Part shown: one piece after another, positions 19,665 to 27,086 of the stretch | How positions within the stretch are numbered: the stretch's first letter is position 1 | How the letters are laid out: the number at the start of each line of letters is the position of its first letter | Assembly: GCA_964346995.1 (NCBI GenBank) | Contig: CAYFXT010000003.1 | Span: 1 to 33,876 of the forward strand | DNA: 33,876 nucleotides | DNA from: an uncultured Spirochaetaceae bacterium | GTDB lineage: Bacteria > Spirochaetota > Spirochaetia > SZUA-6 > Bin103 | Reading direction: 5' to 3' | Program-made: the position numbers and the translations under genes | Notes under the pieces: generated by a model | Databases searched by the model: none | Seen by the model: the letters and a program-made list of their open reading frames with translations, nothing else | What the model was told of the DNA's origin: nothing

Positions 19665-20249
19665 CTACGGCGCCGCGGTGGCGGCCACCTTCGTGCGCTC
19701 CGGCTCGTAGCGCACGATCTCCACTTCGAGCTTCAGCGTCACCTCGTCGGCCACATCCTCGGCGACACCGAGCGGAAAGAACAACAGCTTCTCGCCAAGC
19801 GAGAGCGGCAAGCTGCGGTAGGTGGCGACGTAACGGGCGGGAGATTCCGGGCCGTCGGAGAGCCACACCTGCCCCTGAGCCACCAACTCCATGTCGCCAT
19901 CTTCGCCGAGGTAGGGGGTGAACACCGCGTGAATGCGCAAGTTGCTGCCGTTCACCTCCACATTCACGGCGCGCCCCGGGATGGTGAGCTCCGACTTCCG
20001 GGTGTTCCAGTTGGTGGACGGTTCGGTACGGTCACCCTGCGGCTGTCCACTCGCCTGCGTCAGCGAGAGACCGACCTTGATTTCCAGTTGATCTTCGCGG
20101 ACCGAGCGCAGCGCGCTCTCGATCAGGCTCTGCGGCGGCGGCTCGGCCATGCTCAGTCCAGCGGTGCTCAGTCCGGCCGTGGCGACGAGCAGGGCCGTTG
20201 CCGCCGGTTTGCGGAACCGGAACGCCGCCTGTGCCAGAGCCGCTCTCAT
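19665..20249 (-). CDS. Hypothetical secreted protein (~194 aa)
   Basis: The ATG at 20249 gives MRAALAQAAFRFRKPAATALLVATAGLSTAGLSMA-EPP, which looks like a signal peptide. The rest looks beta-rich, and I do not recognise a family. It lies 17 nt downstream of the anti-sigma gene. Confidence 0.65.
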   Translation of the reverse strand: MRAALAQAAFRFRKPAATALLVATAGLSTAGLSMAEPPPQSLIESALRSVREDQLEIKVGLSLTQASGQPQGDRTEPSTNWNTRKSELTIPGRAVNVEVNGSNLRIHAVFTPYLGEDGDMELVAQGQVWLSDGPESPARYVATYRSLPLSLGEKLLFFPLGVAEDVADEVTLKLEVEIVRYEPERTKVAATAAP

Positions 20250-20268
20250 GACGCCCCGGTTACGCCAC

Positions 20269-20847
20269 TCACTGCCGCGCGGCGGTCTGCGCCGCAACCT
20301 CGGGCAGTTCGGCCTCGCGCAGGATGGTCGGCATGCCACGCTGGATGAACTGTGGCTCCTCAGGCAACTGGATGACGATAGCACCCTGCCCCAGCCACGG
20401 CGGCCCCTCGCCGGCGCTTGCCGCTACGCTCTCGGCTGGGGGCCCGCCCGTGGCCGAGGAATCGAGTGGCACGAGCGTGGTGAGCGAGGGAGAGCCCAGG
20501 CGCGCGTCGTTGACCCGCGCCCACATCGCCACGGTGGTAATCAGCAGGGTGATGCCCGCCATCACCGCCACCGCCACCGGTGCCGGCACGCGAACGCCCC
20601 GGGTCCAGAACGACGCGCGCCTCGCGAGTGCGTTGCGGACCGTCCCCAGGCGCCGCCAGATGCGGTCGCCGGCGGCAATGACGTCGGGTTCGCGGCTCTC
20701 CAGGAGCGCATGACTGACCTTCTGATAGGAGCGCAGTTGCTTGCGACATGCCCGGCAGGTTGCGAGGTGCACTTCCACCTGCTGCGCATTGCCGGCATCG
20801 AGCTCGTTGTCGACGTAAGCGGACAACAGCGCTGGCTCAAGACACAT
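20269..20847 (-). CDS. Anti-sigma factor, zinc-finger (ZAS, HxxxCxxC) type, single-pass membrane protein
   Basis: The N-terminus reads LSAYVDNELDAGNAQQVEVHLATCRACRKQL, which contains H-x3-C-x2-C. A transmembrane helix follows (VPAPVAVAVMAGITLLITTVAMWA), then an extracytoplasmic tail of about 90 aa. Its ATG at 20847 overlaps the sigma factor gene by 11 nt. Confidence 0.85.
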   Translation of the reverse strand: MCLEPALLSAYVDNELDAGNAQQVEVHLATCRACRKQLRSYQKVSHALLESREPDVIAAGDRIWRRLGTVRNALARRASFWTRGVRVPAPVAVAVMAGITLLITTVAMWARVNDARLGSPSLTTLVPLDSSATGGPPAESVAASAGEGPPWLGQGAIVIQLPEEPQFIQRGMPTILREAELPEVAAQTAARQ

Positions 20848-21379
20848 GGGGAACTCCGTCCGCTGCCAGCAGCCTGGCCAGCCGTTGACGCGCCCGGTGC
20901 AGGCGGACCTTGACGTTGCTCTCGCTGATACCGAGTACGGAACCGATGTCGCGGTAGCTCATGCCGGCGTATTCCCGAAGCACGATTGCGGTACGCATGT
21001 TGTGCGGCAATGCGTTCAACGCCTCCTGTACGGCATCCCGCGTCTCCGCCGCCATGAGCCCGGCGTCGGCCGGCAGCACGCTGGTGGGCACCTCCTGTTC
21101 GAGCCGGCCGACCGCGCTCCGCTCTCGTTCACGGCGCTTCTCGTAGTTGAGCGACAGGTTTCGCACCACGCGCAGCAACCAGTACTTGGTCTGATCTGCG
21201 TCGGGCAGCGGAGCTTCCCGCTTCAGCAAGCGCAGAAACGCCTCGTGAGCGAGGTCTTCGGCGAGTCCGCGTTCGCCGGCAATCCGAAAGGCGACTCGGA
21301 ATACCGTCGGAAACAGTGCGTTGTAGATGCCGCCAAAATCGCTATCCCGCCACCACCGTTCAGTCTTCACTCGCTTCAT
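20837..21379 (-). CDS. ECF-type RNA polymerase sigma factor (sigma-70 family group IV)
   Basis: Region 2 reads AEDLAHEAFLRLLKR...YWLLRVVRNLSLNYEKRR. Region 4 HTH reads REYAGMSYRDIGSVLGISESNVKVRLHRARQRL. The ORF-track start at 21388 is a TTG. The ATG at 21379 (MKRVKTER...), with GGAG upstream, is more likely. Confidence 0.9.
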   Translation of the reverse strand: MKRVKTERWWRDSDFGGIYNALFPTVFRVAFRIAGERGLAEDLAHEAFLRLLKREAPLPDADQTKYWLLRVVRNLSLNYEKRRERERSAVGRLEQEVPTSVLPADAGLMAAETRDAVQEALNALPHNMRTAIVLREYAGMSYRDIGSVLGISESNVKVRLHRARQRLARLLAADGVPHVS

Positions 21380-21452
21380 GAAAAACAACTCCGCACACCC
21401 GGAGGTTACACCTCAGCCAAGCCCTGCCTCGTCGCGCCAGTTCCGGCCGGCA

Positions 21453-22943
21453 CTATTCGACCACCGGAACAGCCGCCTGCGCGCCCCTCTGCCAGACCGT
21501 TCCCGTCGCCCCGTCCCGCAACTCGATACCCTGTTCGGCGAGTTGCGCGCGAATCGCATCGGCGCGCTCGAATTCGCGGCGGCGACGCGCCTCGTTCCGC
21601 TCCCGCACCAGTGCTTCGATCTCGGGATCGGACTGCGCGGCCGCTGACTGCGCGGCCGCGGCCGATTCCATCAGTCGCAAACCCAGTACCTTATCGATGG
21701 CGGCTACCGCGTGCAAGGCGCACTCCGGGTCGCCGGTGTCGCTCTTGACCAGCCGCCACAGGCAGGCCAGGACGCGCGGCATCGCCAGATCGTTGGCCGC
21801 ATGGACAAGCGCCTCCTGCGCCGCCGGATGGGACCAGCCGGTATCCCTGTCGGCGCGCATTGCGTCGACGGCAGCAGCCCGCGCCATCTGCGCCACGCGG
21901 CGGACCAAGCCGATCCGCGCTGCCCGCGCCGCATCCAGAGCACGCATTGTGAAGTTCTGGTGCGTCCGGTAGTGGGCCCCCAGGACGAAGTAGCGGTAAT
22001 CGAGCGCGTCGTATCCCTGCTCCCCGAGCTCGCCGACGGTGACCCAGTTGCCCTTCGACTTGGACATCTTGGCGCCGTTCACGAGCAGGAACTCGCCGTG
22101 ACACCAGTAGTTCACCCAGCGCTGCGGATCTTCGTGGCCGATTCCCAGCGCCGCCTCCGCCTGCGCGATCTCATTGGTGTGATGCACCGGGATCAGATCG
22201 ATACCACCGCAGTGGATATCGAACTGCTCGGCCAGATAGCGCATCGCCATGGCGCTGCACTCGATGTGCCATCCCGGATAGCCGCGCCCCCACGGAGAAT
22301 CCCAGATCATCGCCTGATCCTCGAACTTGGAGCGCGTGAACCAGAGACCGAAGTCTTCCGGATTGCGTTTGCTGCGATCGACGCCGATACGCGCGCCGGC
22401 CTGCAATTGCTGGCGGTCGAGCAGCGCCAGCTCCCCGTAGCGGGCGAAACGGGCAACATCGAAGAACACGTTGCCACCCGCAACGTAGGTGAAGCCGCGC
22501 GCTTCGAGCCGGCGAATCAGCGCGATCATGTCGTCGATATGGTCGGTGGCCTTGGCCACGACGTGCGGACGGAGGATGTTCAACGCGCGCGCGTCGGCGA
22601 AGAAACGCTCGGTGTACGACTCGGCGATGTCCCACACCGTCCGCCCTTCCCGGCGCGCTCCGGCGATCATCTTGTCTTCGCCTTCGTCCGCGTCGCTGGC
22701 CAGGTGCCCGACGTCGGTGACGTTCATCACGTGACGCACCTCGTAGCCGAGCGCGGCGAGCGTGCGGCGCAGCACGTCGACGAAAATGAAGGTGCGGAAG
22801 TTGCCGATCGTAGCGTAGTCGTACACGGTCGGGCCGCAGGCGTAGAGCTGGACGAGGCCCTCGGTGCGCGGCACGAACTCCTGAACGGTACGTCCCAACG
22901 TATTGAAGATGTGCAGTTGTCCCGGTAGCTTCGACTCGGACAT
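21453..22943 (-). CDS. cysS: Cysteinyl-tRNA synthetase (HIGH motif replaced by TIGN)
   Basis: Recognised segments are YACGPTVYDYATIGNFRTF, GYPGWHIECSAM and KMSKSKGN, plus a C-terminal DALR-like helical domain. I place the start at the ATG at 22943 (MSESKLPGQLHIFNTL). The ORF-track start at 23039 adds 32 non-conserved residues. Confidence 0.93.
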   Translation of the reverse strand: MSESKLPGQLHIFNTLGRTVQEFVPRTEGLVQLYACGPTVYDYATIGNFRTFIFVDVLRRTLAALGYEVRHVMNVTDVGHLASDADEGEDKMIAGARREGRTVWDIAESYTERFFADARALNILRPHVVAKATDHIDDMIALIRRLEARGFTYVAGGNVFFDVARFARYGELALLDRQQLQAGARIGVDRSKRNPEDFGLWFTRSKFEDQAMIWDSPWGRGYPGWHIECSAMAMRYLAEQFDIHCGGIDLIPVHHTNEIAQAEAALGIGHEDPQRWVNYWCHGEFLLVNGAKMSKSKGNWVTVGELGEQGYDALDYRYFVLGAHYRTHQNFTMRALDAARAARIGLVRRVAQMARAAAVDAMRADRDTGWSHPAAQEALVHAANDLAMPRVLACLWRLVKSDTGDPECALHAVAAIDKVLGLRLMESAAAAQSAAAQSDPEIEALVRERNEARRRREFERADAIRAQLAEQGIELRDGATGTVWQRGAQAAVPVVE

Positions 22944-23212
22944 CGTGGCTTGCTGTCGTTCAGCGTACAACGACCTGCCGCGCCGATTCAAATCGGACCT
23001 CGCCGCGGGTGTATTCCCGCCAAGTGGTGGAGCACTCACGCGCGGGTCGGCATCACGTCGCCGGTGGTGCCCTGCTCGACCGACTTGGCGATCGCCGGGG
23101 AGAGGCGCGGCGGCTCCGGCGGCGCGCGCAGCCGAGCGAGCAGCAGCATCGCCACCTGGTCCCCGTGGCGGGAATGCCCCCTCGCCGGAGCGCCGTCTCT
23201 CCGCCGCGCGCC

Positions 23213-24727
23213 TTACGAGTCGATAGACAGGGTGACGGTGAGCTGCGGGCCGGTCGGAAACGGTTCGCCGAGGACCGCCTTGGCTCGCAGGCGGACCCGC
23301 GGCAGCCGCAATTCGGCCGCCAACTCCGATGTCACCTCCTCGCCCACGACGCGCAGGCCCGCCTCGACCGCTACCGGGCGCGCCGTCACTGCCCCGAGCA
23401 CGTGCACTTCGTGTTCGCCCTGCTCGTCGCGCCAGCCGATCTTGAACGAGCCCGGGCCAGCCGCTACGCCAAGTCCGAGGGCAGGTTCGGCGCCGGCCGC
23501 GGTGGCTTGCACCGATCCTTGGCCGCTGAGCGTCACGTCGCCAAGCGTGATTACCGGCCGTACCGCCAGTTCCATGGTGTGTGTTGCTCCCACGGCTGCA
23601 GCGGCCGTCCGGTGCAGTACCGCCGGGGGCGCCTCTCCGCGTGCCGCGAGGCGGTACCCCACCTGAACGCGAGGCGGACCCACCGCGCCGCGCAACCGCA
23701 CACCCCAGGCGAGCGGGGCATCCGGCGCGGCGCCATCGAGGCTGCGGAACTCGCGGCCCGCTACCGCTACCATGGCGGACAGCTCGCCAAGCGCGAACTC
23801 ACCACGAGCGGCGAGGCGGGCGTGGGCCGCGGCCGGCAGCCGGGGTCCGAGTGACAGATTGACACTGCCCCAGATCGCGGCCATCCCGGCCGCGACGCCG
23901 ATGCGCGTGCCGACCAGCGCCAGTTCGCCACCGGGGAACGGCGCGGCCGGCAGTACCCACGGCTGCGGGGCCTCCTCCGGCACCGCGCTGCGCACTGCGG
24001 TATACGCCTCTCCCTCGAGCGCCGGCAGCGGATCCAGTGCGCCAACCAGCCCGATCACGACCGGCGAGTCCTCGTCCTCGGATTCCTCCGTCCCCAGCTT
24101 CGCGAACCCGGCGAGCGCCAGCCCGGGTACCGGATCGAGCTGTGCGCCGCGGCGTGCGCCGGGGTTGATGCTGGTGTCCAGATGCAGCCGGGTCGCCTCG
24201 GAAAAGGCGCTCGCTCCCGCCCCTTGGTCGAACGGGCTGAACAGTTCGCGCCACGCTCCCGCGAGGCGCACCGGCCCGAGCAGGGCGTCCGCCATCTCCA
24301 GTCCCGCCGCAAACGCGAATTGATCGTCTGCGGCGGGGCGTACCGCAGTGACCGCGGTAGCCCGCCCCCAATCGCCGCTGCGCAACAGGCGTGTGCGCAG
24401 GGTGAACTCGCCGCTGCGCACCTCGCCGCGGGTGGTTACGGAGTCGCCGGTGACGCTCTCGGCTTCGGCAGCGACGCGGGCGGAGCTCACCAGTGCGAGC
24501 AGTGCGCCGGTGACCAGGATGCTGCGCTGCCTGATGCGAAGACATCGTGGAGCAGGCGATGCAGGGGGCTCGGTCTTCGTGGTCGGCGGCGGCACGGAGC
24601 GAGCGTGCCCGACCCGAAGATGGTGGCCAACCGGCGATACCGGTACGTCGATAGCCGTCCTCGATGTCGCAGCGTGACCTTGCCGACTCGGTGCGATGGT
24701 AGTGTGCATATCGGCCGAGGAATGCAA
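23213..24727 (-). CDS. Hypothetical exported Ala/Gly-rich protein (start codon uncertain)
   Basis: GC3 bias is strong from about 24540 down to the TAA at 23213. The segment [28 protein letters not shown] (~24535-24455) looks like a signal peptide. The region upstream to 24727 has weaker GC3 bias. In-frame start candidates are TTG at 24727, ATG at 24709 and GTG at 24595. I do not recognise a family. Confidence 0.6.
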   Translation of the reverse strand: MHSSADMHTTIAPSRQGHAATSRTAIDVPVSPVGHHLRVGHARSVPPPTTKTEPPASPAPRCLRIRQRSILVTGALLALVSSARVAAEAESVTGDSVTTRGEVRSGEFTLRTRLLRSGDWGRATAVTAVRPAADDQFAFAAGLEMADALLGPVRLAGAWRELFSPFDQGAGASAFSEATRLHLDTSINPGARRGAQLDPVPGLALAGFAKLGTEESEDEDSPVVIGLVGALDPLPALEGEAYTAVRSAVPEEAPQPWVLPAAPFPGGELALVGTRIGVAAGMAAIWGSVNLSLGPRLPAAAHARLAARGEFALGELSAMVAVAGREFRSLDGAAPDAPLAWGVRLRGAVGPPRVQVGYRLAARGEAPPAVLHRTAAAAVGATHTMELAVRPVITLGDVTLSGQGSVQATAAGAEPALGLGVAAGPGSFKIGWRDEQGEHEVHVLGAVTARPVAVEAGLRVVGEEVTSELAAELRLPRVRLRAKAVLGEPFPTGPQLTVTLSIDS

Positions 24728-24840
24728 TTTCGGTGCCAGCTCCGGCTCCGCAGCCGGTGGCCAGTGCCCCGTGCGCAGGCCGGTTTTACCTTCGTTTACC
24801 GATTGGTGGCGCTCGGCCTCGCATGTGGCACACTGACGGC

Positions 24841-25416
24841 ATGGTCAGGTTCTTCGACGGACGCCTCGTGGTCTCTCACGGTGACATCACCCTGTTTCGC
24901 GGCGCCACCCCGAGCGCCATCGTCAACGCCGCCGACAGCTCTCTGCTCGGCGGCGGCGGCGTGGACGGCGCAATCCATCGCCGTGGTGGGGAGGAGATTC
25001 TTCGCCAGTGCCGGGAAATCCGCCGTTCCCGCTTGCCCGATGGGCTGCCGACCGGCGAAGCGGTGCTCACCGGCGGGGGTCAGCTCGGTGCCGACTACGT
25101 GATCCACACCGTCGGACCGGTGTGGTGCGGCGGCAACCGCGGGGAGCCGGCGCTGCTGCGCGCCGCATATCGCAACAGCCTGCTGCTGGCGGCCGAACAG
25201 CGCATCCGGGAGATAGCGTTTCCGGCCATTTCCACCGGCGTCTTCGGCTACCCGCCCGAGCAGGCGGCGCGCGAGGTGTTCGGTGTCGTGGAGCAGTTCC
25301 TCTCCCCACCGGCGGGGCGCGAGCGGCAACTGCCGCAAACAGTGCACCTGCTGTTCTACAGCGAGGAAGCCGAACAGACGTTCCTGGGAGCCTGCCAGCG
25401 TGCGGCCGGTTCCTGA
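24841..25416 (+). CDS. Macro domain protein (O-acetyl-ADP-ribose deacetylase, YmdB-like)
   Basis: Recognised segments are GDITLFRG...[35 protein letters not shown] and [15 protein letters not shown] place the start at the ATG at 24841. The ORF-track start at 24733 adds a non-conserved leader. Confidence 0.9.
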   Translation: MVRFFDGRLVVSHGDITLFRGATPSAIVNAADSSLLGGGGVDGAIHRRGGEEILRQCREIRRSRLPDGLPTGEAVLTGGGQLGADYVIHTVGPVWCGGNRGEPALLRAAYRNSLLLAAEQRIREIAFPAISTGVFGYPPEQAAREVFGVVEQFLSPPAGRERQLPQTVHLLFYSEEAEQTFLGACQRAAGS

Positions 25417-25619
25417 GCAGGCCGGTTCCGGCGCTGGCGTCCGTCGGCCGTGAAGTTCCCCGGGGCAAGCCAGGTGCGGAAGGCGACGTCGAGGCTGGCG
25501 TACAGCAGGGGCACCGGCGGCAGGTGTTGGAACGGACGCGTCGCCGCTGGCGACGGTTGCGGGGCGCTGGCCACGGCGTCGTGACCGGGGCGGGCGGCAG
25601 GCGAACGGCAACCGCAGGC

Positions 25620-27032
25620 TTGGGCTGGCGCGAGATCGACGCCGTGCTGGCGGAGCTGGATCTCGCAGGAAATTTCGTGCGCGACGTGCGGCAACCGGCG
25701 CACCACCAATTGGTGTTCGAGCTGTACGCGCCGCGCCGCGAACGCTTCTGGATGCTGGCGTCGCTGGGCCCGCGGTACACCCGCCTGCATCGACTGACGC
25801 GGCGCCCCGACCAGCTCGGCGACGCGCAGCGATTCGTGGCTTTCCTGCGCGCGCACGTGCGCGGTGGGCGCATCACCGCCGCCGGTCAGGTCGCGCGGGA
25901 ACGGATCATCAAGCTGCACGTAGCGCGCGGCGCCGAGGAGGTGTTGCTGTGGATCCGGCTGTGGGCGAACGCGGCCAACTGCATCGCGACCGATCCCGGC
26001 GGGGACGTGCTCGACGCCCTGTTCCGCCGGCCGGGACGACGCGAGGTAACCGGCGGCGACTTTCATCCCGAACGCGACCTGGCGAAGCTGCAGGAGCGCC
26101 GCGGGGCAGGCGGTGACGATCCGCAGATGCGCGCGTTCGGCGATCCCGGGGAGCCCTACAATGCGCGCGTGGAGCGCCACTTCGCCACCCTCGAGGCGGC
26201 CGCGGAGGCGGCGCGTGCGGCGCGTGCCCGGGCCGCCGCCCGTACCGCCGCCGAGCAGCGCACGCGCCGTCTGGTGGAGCGGTTGCGACGCGAGTGCGCG
26301 GCCGCCGGCGGACACAGGCGGCTGCAGCAGTTGGGAGGGCTGCTCCTGGCCAATCTGGCGCGCATCGAGCCGGGAGCGCGCTCGGTGGTGGTCGACGACT
26401 ATCACTCGGGTGATGCGGTTGCGATCGAGCTGGCGCCCGGGAAGTCGCCGGCCGAGAACGCGCAAGCCTACTTCGACCGCGCCAGACGTGCCCGCGGCCG
26501 CCTGGTCTCCGCCCGGCAGCGGCTGACCGAAGCGGAACACGAACTGGCAGCGCTGCAGGCCGGCTCCGAGCCGGTGCCGGACGAGGGGCCGGCGTCCACC
26601 GCCGCATCCCGCGGCGCCGTGGCGTCGGCTACGGGCGGTTTGCGGCAGCTCGTCAGCGGTGGCTTCACCGTGCTGGTGGGACGTACCGCACGGCAGAACG
26701 ATGCGGCGCTGCGCGCCGCGCGTGGCAACGACTGGTGGTTCCATTGTCGCGACTTTCCCGGGGCGCACGTGTTCGTGCGCCACCGCGGCGTGCAGACGAT
26801 GCCGCTCGAGACCCTGCTCGACGCCGGCAACCTGGCCGTGTTCTTCAGCAAGGCGCGCTCCGCCGGGCAGGCCGATGTGTACTACACGCAGATCAAGTAC
26901 CTGCGCCGCCCGCAGACACGCGGACGCGGCACGGCACGCGCCGCCCCCGGACGTGTGCTCCCCACCCGCGAACGCAATCTGTTCATCAAGCTCGACCCGG
27001 CGCGTATCGAACGCCTCCTGCGGCGACAATAA
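25620..27032 (+). CDS. NFACT-family protein (RqcH / FbpA-like), compact ~470 aa form
   Basis: The N-terminal NFACT-N-like region reads REIDAVLAELDLAGNFVRDVRQP...RFVAFLRAHV...RERIIKLHV. A central Ala/Arg-rich coiled coil follows. The C-terminal NFACT-R/DUF814 region reads GFTVLVGRTARQNDAAL...NDWWFHCRDFPGAHVFVR...VFFSKARSAGQADVYYTQIKYLRRP. No in-frame ATG exists after the macro gene. The TTG at 25620 gives an N-terminus that aligns with the start of B. subtilis RqcH as I remember it. Confidence 0.8.
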   Translation: MGWREIDAVLAELDLAGNFVRDVRQPAHHQLVFELYAPRRERFWMLASLGPRYTRLHRLTRRPDQLGDAQRFVAFLRAHVRGGRITAAGQVARERIIKLHVARGAEEVLLWIRLWANAANCIATDPGGDVLDALFRRPGRREVTGGDFHPERDLAKLQERRGAGGDDPQMRAFGDPGEPYNARVERHFATLEAAAEAARAARARAAARTAAEQRTRRLVERLRRECAAAGGHRRLQQLGGLLLANLARIEPGARSVVVDDYHSGDAVAIELAPGKSPAENAQAYFDRARRARGRLVSARQRLTEAEHELAALQAGSEPVPDEGPASTAASRGAVASATGGLRQLVSGGFTVLVGRTARQNDAALRAARGNDWWFHCRDFPGAHVFVRHRGVQTMPLETLLDAGNLAVFFSKARSAGQADVYYTQIKYLRRPQTRGRGTARAAPGRVLPTRERNLFIKLDPARIERLLRRQ

Positions 27033-27041
27033 TTCATTGTC

Positions 27042-27062
27042 ATCGCAGCGGCCGGCTGCGAT
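27042..27062 (+). terminator. Hairpin after the NFACT gene (no U-tract)
   Basis: ATCGCAGC-ggccg-GCTGCGAT forms an 8-bp stem 10 nt after the TAA stop, flanked by AT-rich sequence. It lacks a T-run, so it may be only a stabiliser or attenuator. Confidence 0.25.
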
Positions 27063-27086
27063 AATTGCAGGAGCAGGCGGCATTCC

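Noticed and set aside
21417-21444. A GGAACT hexamer (minus strand, 21444->21439) as the -35 element of an autoregulated ECF promoter upstream of the sigma gene.
   Set aside because: Nothing resembling a CGTC-type -10 element lies 16-17 nt downstream; the sequence there is GCTTGG. The match is a single pentamer and is not convincing.
22944-23212. A T-box riboswitch upstream of cysS.
   Set aside because: The conserved T-box sequence and a specifier/terminator arrangement were not recognisable on the cysS strand. A GGTGGTGCC-like string occurs only on the opposite strand.
24841-25416. The macro domain as a DarG-like antitoxin or part of an ADP-ribosylation defence pair.
   Set aside because: No DarT/DUF4433-like or ART toxin gene is adjacent. 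The sequence looks like the housekeeping YmdB/O-acetyl-ADP-ribose deacetylase type.
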